Below are positions 25,955-38,080 of a DNA stretch of 49,564 nt, in pieces (the first letter of the stretch is position 1; every line of letters starts with the position of its first letter). The translations under genes and the position numbers were made by a program. The notes under the pieces are model-generated. The model did not search any database. It saw nothing but the letters and a program-made list of their open reading frames with translations, and had not been told where the DNA came from. Source of the stretch: Octopus bimaculoides (lineage: Eukaryota); the NCBI RefSeq assembly GCF_001194135.2, contig NC_068992.1, forward strand, positions 68,006,774 to 68,056,337, read 5' to 3'.

Positions 25955-26175
25955 AAGGTGGTGTCTGACAGAATCGTTTGCACGCCGGACGTAATGCTTA
26001 GCGGCATTTCTTCCGGCTTTTCGTTCTGACTTCAGATTTTGTTCAGGTTGACTTAGCCTTTCATCCTCTCTGGCTCGATAAAATCAGTACCAGTCATGTA
26101 TTGAAATCGATGTAATCGATCTCATCTCCTCCTCCTATGCAATTGTTGACCTGAAGGTCAAAATTTGAAACAATT
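25955..26175 (+). mobile_element. SINE family B
   Basis: aaggtggtgtctgacagaatcgtttgcacgccgg..ttagcctttcatcc..cgataaaatcagtaccag..aaaatttgaaac. Confidence 0.85.
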
Positions 26176-26195
26176 ATCCTTGCTACTGTTTTGTT

Positions 26196-26416
26196 AAGAC
26201 GGCGAGTTAGGCCGGATCGTTAGCATACCGGACAAAATGCTTTGCAGCATGTCATCCGTCTTCATGCTCTGAATTGAAATTACACCGAGGTCGACTTAGC
26301 CTGTCATCCTTTCGAAGTCGATAAAATGAGTACCAGTTTTGTACTGGTGTCAATGTACTCAACTAGTCCCCTCCCCTCGAATTTCAAGTCTTGTGCCAAT
26401 TGTAGAAAAAAATATT
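26196..26416 (+). mobile_element. SINE family B (variant tail)
   Basis: aagacggcgagttag..accgaggtcgacttagcctgtcatcctttcgaagtcgataaaatgagtaccag. Confidence 0.85.
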
Positions 26417-27893
26417 ACAAATGTTGTTTTCTTGTTATTCTTTTAAAGAAAGTGAATTAAATTAAACGTAATATAACAAATATATTTGCCATAGATGTTA
26501 TCAAATAAATTATACAGTTGTTGGTTATAAAATTTGCTTTATTCTTCGCCAAAGAATGTCACTGTTTATACATTTTGATTGAGCGCCAGTCTTTATGGGG
26601 GTAAACAAGTAAATAAAATGTATTTCGCTCTCAAACATTCAGTTATTTAGGTTTTGCAAAGATATGTTGCGTTAAACCGCGTCGGGAAACAAATCTGAAC
26701 TGTCTGCAAATTTTGGATACATTCCAGATTTGAAGTTACACTTAAATCACAAAATGAAGGTACATGTGTACTGCATACACACCCGTCTTTATAGACATAC
26801 CTATCTACAGACATACGCAGAAGCATTCATACACACATATACATACATACAAAGATATATATATATATAAGTATATATATATATATATATNNNNNNNNNN
26901 NNNNNNNNNNNNNNNNNNNNNNNNNNNNNNNNNNNNNNNNNNNNNNNNNNNNNNNNNNNNNNNNNNNNNNNNNNNNNNNNNNNNNNNNNNNNNNNNNNNN
27001 NNNNNNNNNNNNNNNNNNNNNNNNNNNNNNNNNNNNNNNNNNNNNNNNNNNNNNNNNNNNNNNNNNNNNNNNNNNNNNNNNNNNNNNNATTCATACATAC
27101 ACGGATACAGATATAGGTTTTCAGAAATCAGAATACAACACAGCGGCAAGTGTCTGCGAAAGCACTCGGAATAGGAATGGTTTGAGGAACGTGCTGTGAA
27201 GGGGACCTGAATTGCAATACATTCTGAGTATTTTTGCTTACCTATCTATCTGTCTATCTATCTATCTATCTATCTACCTATCTATCTATCTGTGTGTATG
27301 TGTGTATGCGTTGATTTAGATTGTTTTAACAATCGGGGACGGCATAGCCGGTAGAAGGGTTAAAGAACAATCAATAACCGCTTCCCACACCAGCTTTCAA
27401 TGGCTTACAATGCTGAGGTAAAATTTGCGAACATTTCGTGATAATTTTCGGAAAATCTATCACTGTCGAACGAACGGTTTGACTCACAAATCAATCACAG
27501 ACATGTCCCTGGATAAAAATGGCCAAAAAGAGATTAAACTGCCAAGCTTATAAAGAATGAATCACCAAAATAAAACTAATAGCAGTTGCTGCGGAATTTG
27601 TTTCCAGAAATGAGAATAGACAAAATACTTGTATTCCGATTGGTTTCGTATAGATTTCAAATTATGAATGTTTTACAATCATAATTTCATAAAAGTAATA
27701 GACATTTTGCTAGAGATTTTATAAATTTCGAATTGACTGCAGAATACACGTCACACCCTTACATCAACCTCTACCTCTTCTGCAGTTATACTTCTCTGTC
27801 ACGAAATTACATAGAATACAACAAAAGGAAATTTTATATTATTTCATGTTCGAGGTTGATTAATCGCTTTAGTATTGATTTATATTTATTGAA

Positions 27894-28100
27894 GACGCGT
27901 GGCTTAGTGGTTCGATTAGTCAGCTAATGTTCGTGAGTTGAGTGCTGGCGGTGCGTTGTGTACGACACTATATATCACGTTGCTCCACTCTCCACATCTG
28001 ATAACAATTATTTGTACCTCTTATTCAAGGAGCCAGCCTTGTTACATTCCGTTACGCAGAATCTCCCAAACAACTGCGTTAAGGGTACGCGTGCTAGATA
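27894..28100 (+). mobile_element. tRNA-derived SINE, family C
   Basis: A box tggcttagtggtt; body cacgttgctcca..gccagccttgttacatt..cgttaagggtacgcgtg is shared with 33097-33374. Confidence 0.75.
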
Positions 28101-28155
28101 ACGCCCCATTCAACGCGCATTTCAAAGCCGATTGCTAAAAGTCAGCTGTAATATA

Positions 28156-28367
28156 TACTCTTTTACTCTTTTACTTTACTTCAGTCATTTGACTGTGGCC
28201 ATGCTGGAGCACCGCCTTTAGTCGAGCAAATCGACCCCATGACTTATTCTTTGTAAGCCTAGTACTTATTCTGTCGGTCGTATTTGCCGAACCGCTAAGT
28301 TACGGGAATGTAAACACACCAGCATCGGTTGTCACGCGATGTTGGGGGAACAAACACACAAACATAT

Positions 28368-28433
<66 letters not shown>

Positions 28434-28570
28434 GACGGGCTTCTTTCAGTTTCCGTCTACCAAATCCACACACATGGCTTCGGTCAGCTCGAGGCTATAG
28501 TAGAAGACACTTGCCCAAGGTACCACGCAGTGAGACTGAACCCGGAACCATGTGGTTCGTAAGCAAGCTA
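28156..28570 (-). mobile_element. SINE family A, well preserved, internal (AT)n, head truncated
   Basis: Minus strand: B-box-like ggttcagtctc, CORE-like ccttgggcaagtgtctt, 3' tail gtaaaagagtaaaagagta. Confidence 0.9.
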
Positions 28571-28830
28571 TACAAATTGATATGTATGGTCGATACACGC
28601 GCACACACACGCACACACACACACATGAATGAATGTACGTATTTATGCATATATGTAACGTAATGCTATACGGTATTAAAATGTTTTACGTTCTGCAAAC
28701 GTTATGTGGTAGAGAAATCAGTAGCGTGGGCAGAGTAGATAAATACTTTAAATGTCGCCTCGGATTGGGCTGTCTTTGATATAATCTTCACCTCTGTCTA
28801 TCCATGCATACAAACATGCATAGATTCGCA

Positions 28831-28868
<38 letters not shown>

Positions 28869-28997
28869 TGAGCGTCTCTTACAAATAGATTCTTTACGAA
28901 ACAAAACCCTTCTGCATCAGGATACAGGAAACTCCTCCTCAGGCTCGCCGTCCAAAGTGCAGTCAAATGGTCGTTGACCTGTTAATATGATATGATC

Positions 28998-29238
28998 GAA
29001 GGGCAGCGTGCTGTCAGAATCGTTAGCACGCCGGGCGAAATGCTTAGCGGTATTTCTTCTACCTTTACGTTCTGAGTTCAAATTCCGCTGAGGTTGACTT
29101 TGCTTTTCATCCTTTCGTGGTCGATAAACTAAGTACCGGTTATGCACTGGGGTCTATGTAATCGACTTGTTCCCTTTGTCTGCCCTTGTTTGTCCCCTCT
29201 ACGTTTAGCCCCCTGAGGGTAATAATGAAATTAATAAA
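28998..29238 (+). mobile_element. SINE family B with alternative 3' tail and 8-bp TSD
   Basis: Typical B head and body; tail tttgtctgcccttgtttgtcccctctacgtttagcccc; atatgatc at 28990-28997 and 29239-29246. Confidence 0.9.
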
Positions 29239-30158
29239 ATATGATCAACAACTCTATTTCTTTTCAAATCACCACAAAAATAAATATTGCTAAAATGCTT
29301 TTCGGCAGCCAACAATATGGTTGGTAGACATTCACAGTTTACATCCTAACGAATAAATATTTGGCATTGAACAATAAAACTACGTTAAAGACGACAGAAT
29401 TATTTGTGATGTCGGCAACTTATATTAAATTTTATTAACCCCCACCACACACACACACGCGTGCACCTAAAATCCCATTAATTTATTGTAAATCTCTGAA
29501 ATCATATCAAATTGATTTTTGCTTCAATCTTCCATGAAATCAATAAAATGACATTAATTTATATAAATTCTGTTTAAGTCTATTTACTCTTTCTATATAC
29601 CAATCAAATTTTGGTTGCTTAATTCTCGATATAATATGGTAAACAATTTATTAGATTATGTATACAAAGCTGTTGTTGTTGCTACTGCTGCTGTTGCTGT
29701 TGTTGTTGTTGTTGTTTAACCCCAATTCACCCCTATCTGAGTATATTTATGAACAAATAATTTTAAATTCTGACAGTCTTCCGATATTTTGCATCACTTA
29801 AATTCAGTCTTTATTACACAAAACGTCGCTACTTACAAAACTGTGAGAAGCCGTTTGCTGAAAAAGTCGCGGCCATTACTAAAAGGTTTTGCACCAGTGC
29901 TGAGTTTGTTTCGGCGAAACACATCAAGGTTTTCATGACTTTTATTATAGAAGTGTTATGACTTTTTCTACCATATTTATTTCTGAATAAAACCATAATC
30001 TGTATCACGTAATTTTGATAAAGCAAAATTTATTAAATCAATCAGTTTATTTACAATGATGGCTTACTTAAATCTATGCAGATATTTTCAACACACTACT
30101 TATACCCACATCGTACCCTTATTCTCTCCACCCATCCTAAATTTATTTTATTTTATTT

Positions 30159-30191
<33 letters not shown>

Positions 30192-30554
30192 TAAATGAAT
30201 ATGAAACCCAAGAATTGATGTTTCTGTTATCTGCATTTAACATCGTTTATTAGAAATCATTCATCAAATATGTGATCTCCAATAATCAATGTTGTACTCT
30301 TGTTTAACATCAGACACAAAACATAATGGCCACGCCGACAGGATATGAATTTTGGAGGTAAAAAGCTGTGAAGCATCTCAACCACCATTCTGAAAGTTCT
30401 TCTTATCCAACGCCCTTTTGTTTTTAGTAAGATGAAACCCGTAATATAATTAAGACTGATTTATATTAATTTACTTCCTTTATTTCCTGATTTCCGTCAT
30501 TCGGCTGCGAATACGGTAAGGACTCATCTTTAATAGGTTTTATCAATATCTATA

Positions 30555-30700
30555 TAACTTATATAGCAAGTGTGGTTACTAACTTATATATAGCAACTGC
30601 GACCAGTAACTTAAATAGCCACTACGACTAGTAAATTATATAGTCACTACGGCCAGTAAATTATATAGCCACTACGACCAGTAAATTATATAGCCACTAA
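30555..30700. repeat. 25-bp minisatellite (four clear units 30601-30700 plus about two degenerate)
   Basis: Unit gaccagtaaattatatagccactac starting at 30601, 30626, 30651 and 30676. Confidence 0.93.
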
Positions 30701-30702
30701 TC

Positions 30703-31105
30703 TCTCTTAGCTCTTAGATATTCTAGTGCTCTCAGCACAACGAGCAAAGAGCCTTCTTCGAACGTCCCGATTGTCCGCCCCCCTCTTAGCCCCACCCTGT
30801 CCCAATTTCCATCGCTACTACATCATCCTGGAACGTACATCTCTACTTCTTCCATGGTCTTCCTCTTGTTCTTTTTCCTCCTCCCAGCGTCTACTCCATC
30901 ACGATAGTAGCATTTCTGTCCTGCTCTGATCAAAGTACATGATCAGTAAACTATTTCCCCCACTTAATCACCATATCCAGCAACTTGCCATGCCAGATTT
31001 TCTCATCAGCTCTTCGTTTTTCACTCTGTTATTGTAAGAAATGTCCAGGATTGAACGTAAATAACGTCGATGGAACACGTTCAGCAACCGCGTGATTTGA
31101 ACATA
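30703..31105 (-). mobile_element. RTE-clade LINE ORF2 C-terminal fragment
   Basis: RLLNVFHRRYLRSILDISYNNRVKNEELMRKSG, FTDHVL, GGKRTRGRPWKK*RCTFQDD, DNRDVRRRLFARC. Confidence 0.85.
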
Positions 31106-32039
31106 GAATCTAAAGAAATGTATCTGTAGATTTTTATTCAACACTTTTGCAATTTACGGTCTAGTTATGTTCATTATAACACCTTAATCTCGTTATATTA
31201 AATTATCTTAACTATAGAAGGTTATTTTTAACTTTACTAAATCTCGACAGTAATATTACATTGCGTTTCGCAAGTTGCCGCATTACTGATATCAAAGGAA
31301 ATATGTGATATCGTGTTGCCTGACCTTTTAAACGTAAGCTGAAGCCTTGCACACTAATCTCTCACAGTACATCTTATGCTTTGCATCAAAGTGATTGGAT
31401 GAGCTTAGACGGTAAATATATATGGTGCAATAATTTTGATATGCAATTTAGTCGAGATTCCTCCATAGAGAAACAATGATAAGAATTATAGTACTAGAAG
31501 ACCTCAACGAAAATGATCACTCTTATCAACTCATTTTAAGCCGCTCCATCCCAAATATTAAATGAGATCATATTAACTTCAGAAATGTATAAACACTGTT
31601 AGATGATGATGATGATCAAGCCGTATCTTATTGAATCTTGTGATTCATCAAAAATCATCTTCCTTGGTATTACATACACGATCTAAAAGGCTAAACATAT
31701 CCTGATGGGAAAGCGTAAATATGAGTCGGATGACGCTAAATCTACAACAGCAGCAGGTGAGAATATTTAGAATCAAATAACAATGACAGGTATGACATAT
31801 TCGGTAACTGAGAGTAAATTATTGGACATATTTCTGTAAAACACCGGTGGACTTCAGGTCTTTTCAAAACTAAAAATAACAAGAACTTAACATATTATAT
31901 AAACTTGGAAACATGGTCTGGTTTACTGAACCATTTAACAAAAATATAGGAATAGATAGACCATATACATATGTATCTAGATTTGTCCATCTTTATTTCT
32001 CTTCTCTCTCTCTCTCTCTTGCTATGCAAGTACATCTCC

Positions 32040-32081
<42 letters not shown>

Positions 32082-32621
32082 NNNNNNNNNNNNNNNNNNN
32101 NNNNNNNNNNNNNNNNNNNNNNNNNNNNNNNNNNNNNNNNNNNNNNNNNNNNNNNNNNNNNNNNNNNNNNNNNNNNNNNNNNNNNNNNNNNNNNNNNNNN
32201 NNNNNNNNNNNNNNNNNNNNNNNNNNNNNNNNNNNNNNNNNNNNNNNNNNNNNNNNNNNNNNNNNNNNNNNNNNNNNNNNNNNNNNNNNNNNNNNNNNNN
32301 NNNNNNNNNNNNNNNNNNNNNNNNNNNNNNNNNNNNNNNNNNNNNNNNNNNNNNNNNNNNNNNNNNNNNNNNNNNNNNNNNNNNNNNNNNNNNNNNNNNN
32401 NNNNNNNNNNNNNNNNNNNNNNNNNNNNNNNNNNNNNNNNNNNNNNNNNNNNNNNNNNNNNNNNNNNNNNNNNNNNNNNNNNNNNNNNNNNTTTCATTTA
32501 TTTATTTATATACTTATTTAAACTATTTGTTTATCTATTTACTTGGTCTGCCGAAACGTGCATCCATGCCGAATTGCTTTTTGCAGTGTAATGTTAACGA
32601 GTTTCTTTTTTATTGTTCCAG

Positions 32622-32738
32622 TAAAAAGCTGCAGATTGCATGGCTTTAATGGTGTCTTCGTTTGCAAGGAGTCAGCCGTACAGTCTTTGTTTCATCGGAT
32701 CTTATTCACAAACATATATCCAGAGGGAGTCTTAACGT
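32622..32738 (+). other. Candidate 117-nt phase 1-1 exon (unassigned)
   Basis: Acceptor gtttcttttttattgttccAG, donor GTGAGT, open frame KSCRLHGFNGVFVCKESAVQSLFHRILFTNIYPEGVLT. No recognised homology. Confidence 0.3.
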
Positions 32739-33096
32739 GTGAGTAAATGCCGTTAAGCCTGGCTCCTGTTGCTGATAAACTGTTTGAGTAACAGAGACAT
32801 CCACTGACTAAGCGCGACGTACATATGATGCTGGATAAGACCATTAACCATGTCAAAGGTAACGATCGCCAATTTGCTCGAATGTATTACTGCTAATGTC
32901 CATAATCCATATGACCACGGACTTTATTAGCCATCGATATGTGTGTGAATGAATGGGGTGTATGTATGTGTGAGCGTGTGTGTGGTGTGTGTGTGTGTGT
33001 GCCGCGTGTGTGTGTATGTGTATATGAAAGTGTGTACATGAATGGACGCATTCATATTATTCCGTTTGTATATATGCTTGTTGGCATGGATGTGAA

Positions 33097-33374
33097 GGTG
33101 TATGGCATAATGGAAACAATACTTGGTTTTCAATCGTAAAATCGTGAGTTCGATAATCGGTGTCGTGTTGCATCCTTGAGCAAAAGTACATTATTTCGCG
33201 TTGCTCCAGTTGTACCAGTAATTCAAAGGGGGCCAGCCTTGCCACATTCTGTGTCACGCTGGATTTTTCTGAGAACTACGTTAAGGATACGCGTGTCTGT
33301 GGAGTGCTCAGCCACTTGCATGTTTATTTCATGAGCAGAACTGGAGCATTCATCGTCGTAACCGACGGAGAGTC
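33097..33374 (+). mobile_element. SINE family C, near full length
   Basis: B-box-like gagttcgataatc, CORE-like atccttgagcaaaagtacatt, body shared with 27894-28100, end catcgtcgtaaccgacggag. Confidence 0.8.
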
Positions 33375-33814
33375 AGTGTGCATGGCTAGAAATGCTGTTA
33401 GCAACAAATTTCTAACAAATATAGGAAATAATAATGTTACTCATAAAAGTTAATATACACATACTATCAGTGACACATTCTTCTATGCCTCTTTTTCAGT
33501 CCGTCTTCTCATCTACGATCTGCTAAAGATGTGAAGATAAGAAAATGCAACTCACTGCGAATGTTTATTAAATGAATCTCTTTTCTTACGTAACAGGCAG
33601 GAGTTCTCAGAAGTTTTGTTTGATACACATTATCCAGCTATTTTCTAAGATGTTAAACTCATTATCATTATTCAATACAACACACCGGCATGTATAATAT
33701 AATTTGAGATTTCCTTGTTTGGCCGAGTGGTTCGCTAAAATAACCACATTTTGTTTTGTTGTTGTCATACAGACACACACAGATGCACGTACAGACCCCC
33801 GCCACATACACACA

Positions 33815-33845
33815 CATATATATAAATACATATATAAATACACGC

Positions 33846-33877
<32 letters not shown>

Positions 33878-33913
33878 GTGTATATATACATACATACATA
33901 CATGCATACATAC

Positions 33914-33965
<52 letters not shown>

Positions 33966-34023
33966 GTTTGTATGTGTTNNNNNNNNNNNNNNNNNNNNNN
34001 NNNNNNNNNNNNNNNNNNNNNNN

Positions 34024-34065
<42 letters not shown>
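33815..34065. repeat. Compound (TA)/(CATA) microsatellite with gap 33979-34023
   Basis: Seen directly. Confidence 0.95.
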
Positions 34066-34068
<3 letters not shown>

Positions 34069-35687
34069 GTTTGTATGTGTTTCTGTCTTATATCTATGTC
34101 TTACGAAAGCGCCCTCTATACACATTCATATCTTTTTTCATATACACAATTTAGTATTTGTTATTATTAGGGAAGGAAGGAGAATGTTAAAATCAGTGAA
34201 GCTTTTGACAAAATTCTAGTAAGATTTCGTATGAATCACATTTTAAGTTCTGAGTTCCAATTTCACCGAACTCCAGTATATATACCTTCCATTCTACTTG
34301 AGGATAGATACAATAAAGCACCAGTTCTCAATAGAATCTTGCAAATTCATTGTTTTTAAATCATAACTATATAGAGAAGGCTAAGTTTTTAAGGAAGAGA
34401 ATCTTCTCTTCTTCGTCGTGCATTGGTGCGTGAGAGAAGCAGTCGAATTAAATTTAAGATTTCTCTGAAGAAATCCTTTAATGGCTGTTCTCACAAGGAC
34501 CATCGCCATTAGCCCAGCATAGCCTGCAGCTGCATGTCGAGGAGAAACATCAGACATCAGACTGTCGTTTTCTTTCAGAAGTCGTGTAAGTCTAAACGTG
34601 AGTACAAACTGGAAATTAGGAAGACTCGTATGACAGCGGGAAAAGACCTGAGAGAAATTTCTCTTGTAGATGCTGCTGCCTGCCTATCCATTCCCTATAA
34701 GACTTGTAGGCCACCAAGGAACCAACAATCAACATGGGACAAAAGCATTTATGGATTCATGTTCGTAAATTGAGGCATTGTAGGATAAAAATTTGAAATA
34801 TTTTAAATATTTCATTCTCCATACAGCTTTCACATATTACCATCCTCTCACCTCTGAAACCTTTCCTTTACATTTCGTTATATACACACATACATACACA
34901 CATACATACATACATACATACATACATACATACATACATACATACAAACAAACAAATACATACATACGTGTATGTCTATGTGGCTGCTACTATTATATGT
35001 ACATTTAAGTGCATCGCGATATATCACGCATTCATGCGCGCGCGCGTGTATGTGTTTGTGTGTACAGCCGCTTCAGCCATCAGGAATTCTTCCACAGATA
35101 TACCAAATCGAAATCTAAATGATTCACCACCTTTTCTTTCGCACCCCAACACGGTCAAGGTACAGTAATTCAGATGTTTGTTTGTTTGTTGTCAATGAAA
35201 AGAATTTCAAGGCTGGACCTGGTTCCATGGAAAAATTAGTGAGGTCACGTATTGGGTCCTGCAACCCATACATAAACACACAAGTTTACAGTACACGAGC
35301 GATGGTTCGAACTACTAGAAATGGACACCAAACAAATGGCCAATAGAAAACTAAATGTAGCCAAATCTCTTAAACAATGATGTGCATATTCGGTAACGAC
35401 GGTCCTGGACACACATTGCCTGACCATAGGATGTTGGTGACATGACAACTAGTTGTGACTCGATCTATATGATTCGTAAAAAGGGAGAATGGACGTATAT
35501 GGATTTGATAGGAATGGATAAGACAAAAGATTAATTTACCAAAAATTACTCTATTATTAGTGAACAAAACCATTTAACAATAATTACGGTTAAAAAGACA
35601 AAGAAAGAAGATAAAGCCCCTAATTAAAAGACAATTAGATATGGAATGCAACGTGGAGTGATATCAACTTTAAGAGAAGAGTGATAA

Positions 35688-35727
35688 CTCTGGACATGTT
35701 TCGGTATTAGTAACCGTCATCAGAGAT
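35688..35727 (-). ncRNA. Minimal type I hammerhead ribozyme motif (imperfect)
   Basis: Minus strand reads ATCT-CTGATGA-C-GGT(TACTAAT)ACC-GAAA-C-AT-G-TC-C-AGAG: exact core, 3-bp stem II, palindromic ACATGT stem III, GUC triplet, stem I offset by one nt. Confidence 0.55.
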
Positions 35728-36120
35728 TCATTGAATGTTATTGTATAATCTTGGAACGAGATGAGCTGGTAAAACTTATTTGGAGATTAAACAGAAGATA
35801 TATGACAAGTGGAAAAACGACTGGAGAAAAAATACAGACGGTTATTAATGAGTATCAAATTTGTAAATTTGATGTGAGAGTTAATTAAAAGTTACTATTT
35901 CATTGATGAGAAAATATTATCCAAATGGTTCACTAAGGTTAGTAAATGAATATGAACATGGACACATCATGTTTACATACATACATACATATGATATATA
36001 CGAACACACATGGGCAGAGACATAGATGCACATCACGTGTTCACTTAGCTACATCGGATACACATAGATATATGCACATCAAGAAACATCATATGCACAC
36101 ACACACACACACACACACAC

Positions 36121-36158
<38 letters not shown>

Positions 36159-36189
36159 AAATATAAGGAGCAAAAATACTGGAGATTCA

Positions 36190-36231
<42 letters not shown>

Positions 36232-36981
36232 CCACATATTGACATACAGACATCTTGTGCCTATGCTTAGAAGCAGATATAGTAAACACACGTAGACAGA
36301 CATAGATATTATCACGTATAGGGTATGTAGAGCGCGTAACAATCTAGTTTGATTGAGTTTACTACCATTAAGAGGACACCAATTTCAGAATCCATGGTCT
36401 CTCATTGTAATGCCTTAGCTGTCAACTTCCTGTCCTTGATCGAAATCATATTTTGCTAACAACACTTTTCTTTTCAAATGTACTCCAATCTGACACTTTC
36501 ATTCAATTAGCAAGACCGTAAAATTTAAACATTCTTATACATAAAGAACATTTCAGGAAGAACAGCATCACCAATGCACAGATTTCATTTTCATCTTGTG
36601 TGTGTTTGTGTGCGAATGTATGAGTATGTGGTCGAATCTATATGGAGATATTTGCACATTCTGTCTGTTTGTCAATTCACACGGTTATCTATTTCTTTCT
36701 TTCATTCTTCCTTCCTTCATTCCTTTTTTCCTACTGTCTTTCTTTCTGTCTTTCTATCAGTCTTTCTCTCTTTATCTCTTTCTTTCTGTCTGTCTGTCTA
36801 TATATCTATCTATTGATATATATATATATATATATATATATACACTCACACGCACACACACACACAAACGCACACACATACGAACATATTTATATCTGTA
36901 TATGCATGTATACACATATATATATGGATGTATATATTCCTATATGTATGTGTGTTTGTGTGTGTATGAAGATAAAATGGA

Positions 36982-37032
<51 letters not shown>

Positions 37033-37699
37033 ATTAGTCGATGATTCATTCTATCGCAATGCTGTGAATCACCAGATACTTAATACATCTAAACTGAACA
37101 CCATGTGCAAGGTACTCTTTATCTCTCGTTAGTAAATATAAACGTGTGCCTGAGCGTGCGCGCATACGCTCCCTCCTGCTTCCACTCCTCCTCCCTCATC
37201 CCCTTCTCCTTCTATCTTTAATATTCCTATTATTATTACTATTATTTTCATCACTAAATCCTACTATAATCCTGCTATTCGGAGTTGATTTAACTGTAGA
37301 CGATTTTTTATGATTACAAGGTGCGCGCGCGAGTGCACACACACACACACACACACACATACACACACACGTACACACACATGTATATATATATATAACT
37401 GTCTCATAAGACTCTTATAAACTTTTAGAGAACGTGATCTATTTATTTTTCTTTTTTGAGGGGTGGGGCACTATCTCGAAGCGCATATATAATGCTATAA
37501 AAATAACATATCTACGGGAGTTGCAGGTTCGAGTCCCACGCGCAGCCTTCGGTTTTCCTACCCAAAAACGTTTTTCACCCCAATTTTTATAAGCTATTAG
37601 ATATAGCGTTATGAATGTGTTTCAATATATATGTATGTGTGCGCACATATATATATAGTCATAGCCACTGAGCCCCCACCCCCAATTTAGTCCTTCTTG

Positions 37700-38080
37700 C
37701 CACATCTCGTCCCAGCAAACCAAAATGAAGTTCATTTATGCTGACATAACCAGTGTCCTTCAGCAGCAAGTACACACATTCTACAAGCACCACATCTGCA
37801 GTTATCTGGACTGCCGCCTCGAGAGAAATCCCGAAATAATGAGGTTGTCACACTGCACGCTGTGGCCGGCGTGTCTTTGTCATTTTTCGACACTCCTTGC
37901 TATCCTCAATCATAAATCAGCATAGAGTTCATCACTATTCAGAAGTCCAGGAGGTGAGATTTTTGAAATCACCTACCAGTCTGTCGATGTGCATGACCTG
38001 TTATGCAAGGTGATGTTTTCGTGTGGCCTGGTGATAGCTTGCATTCGTTCGTAGAATTATCGAATGTCTTCTTAAAACCA
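37700..38080 (-). mobile_element. Possible heavily decayed Tc1-like transposase
   Basis: Minus-strand pieces VQCDNLIISGFLSRRQSR and INELHFGLLGRD weakly resemble the Tc1 TVxRRL..G.xxRRP and SDESRF motifs. Confidence 0.3.

Noticed and set aside
29837-29982. Minus-strand 146-nt open segment with a GTAAGT donor
   Set aside because: Weak pyrimidine tract and unrecognised peptide; such donors are expected many times by chance.
30555-30700. CRISPR-like appearance of the 25-bp repeats
   Set aside because: The units are contiguous with no unique spacers, and the context is eukaryotic.
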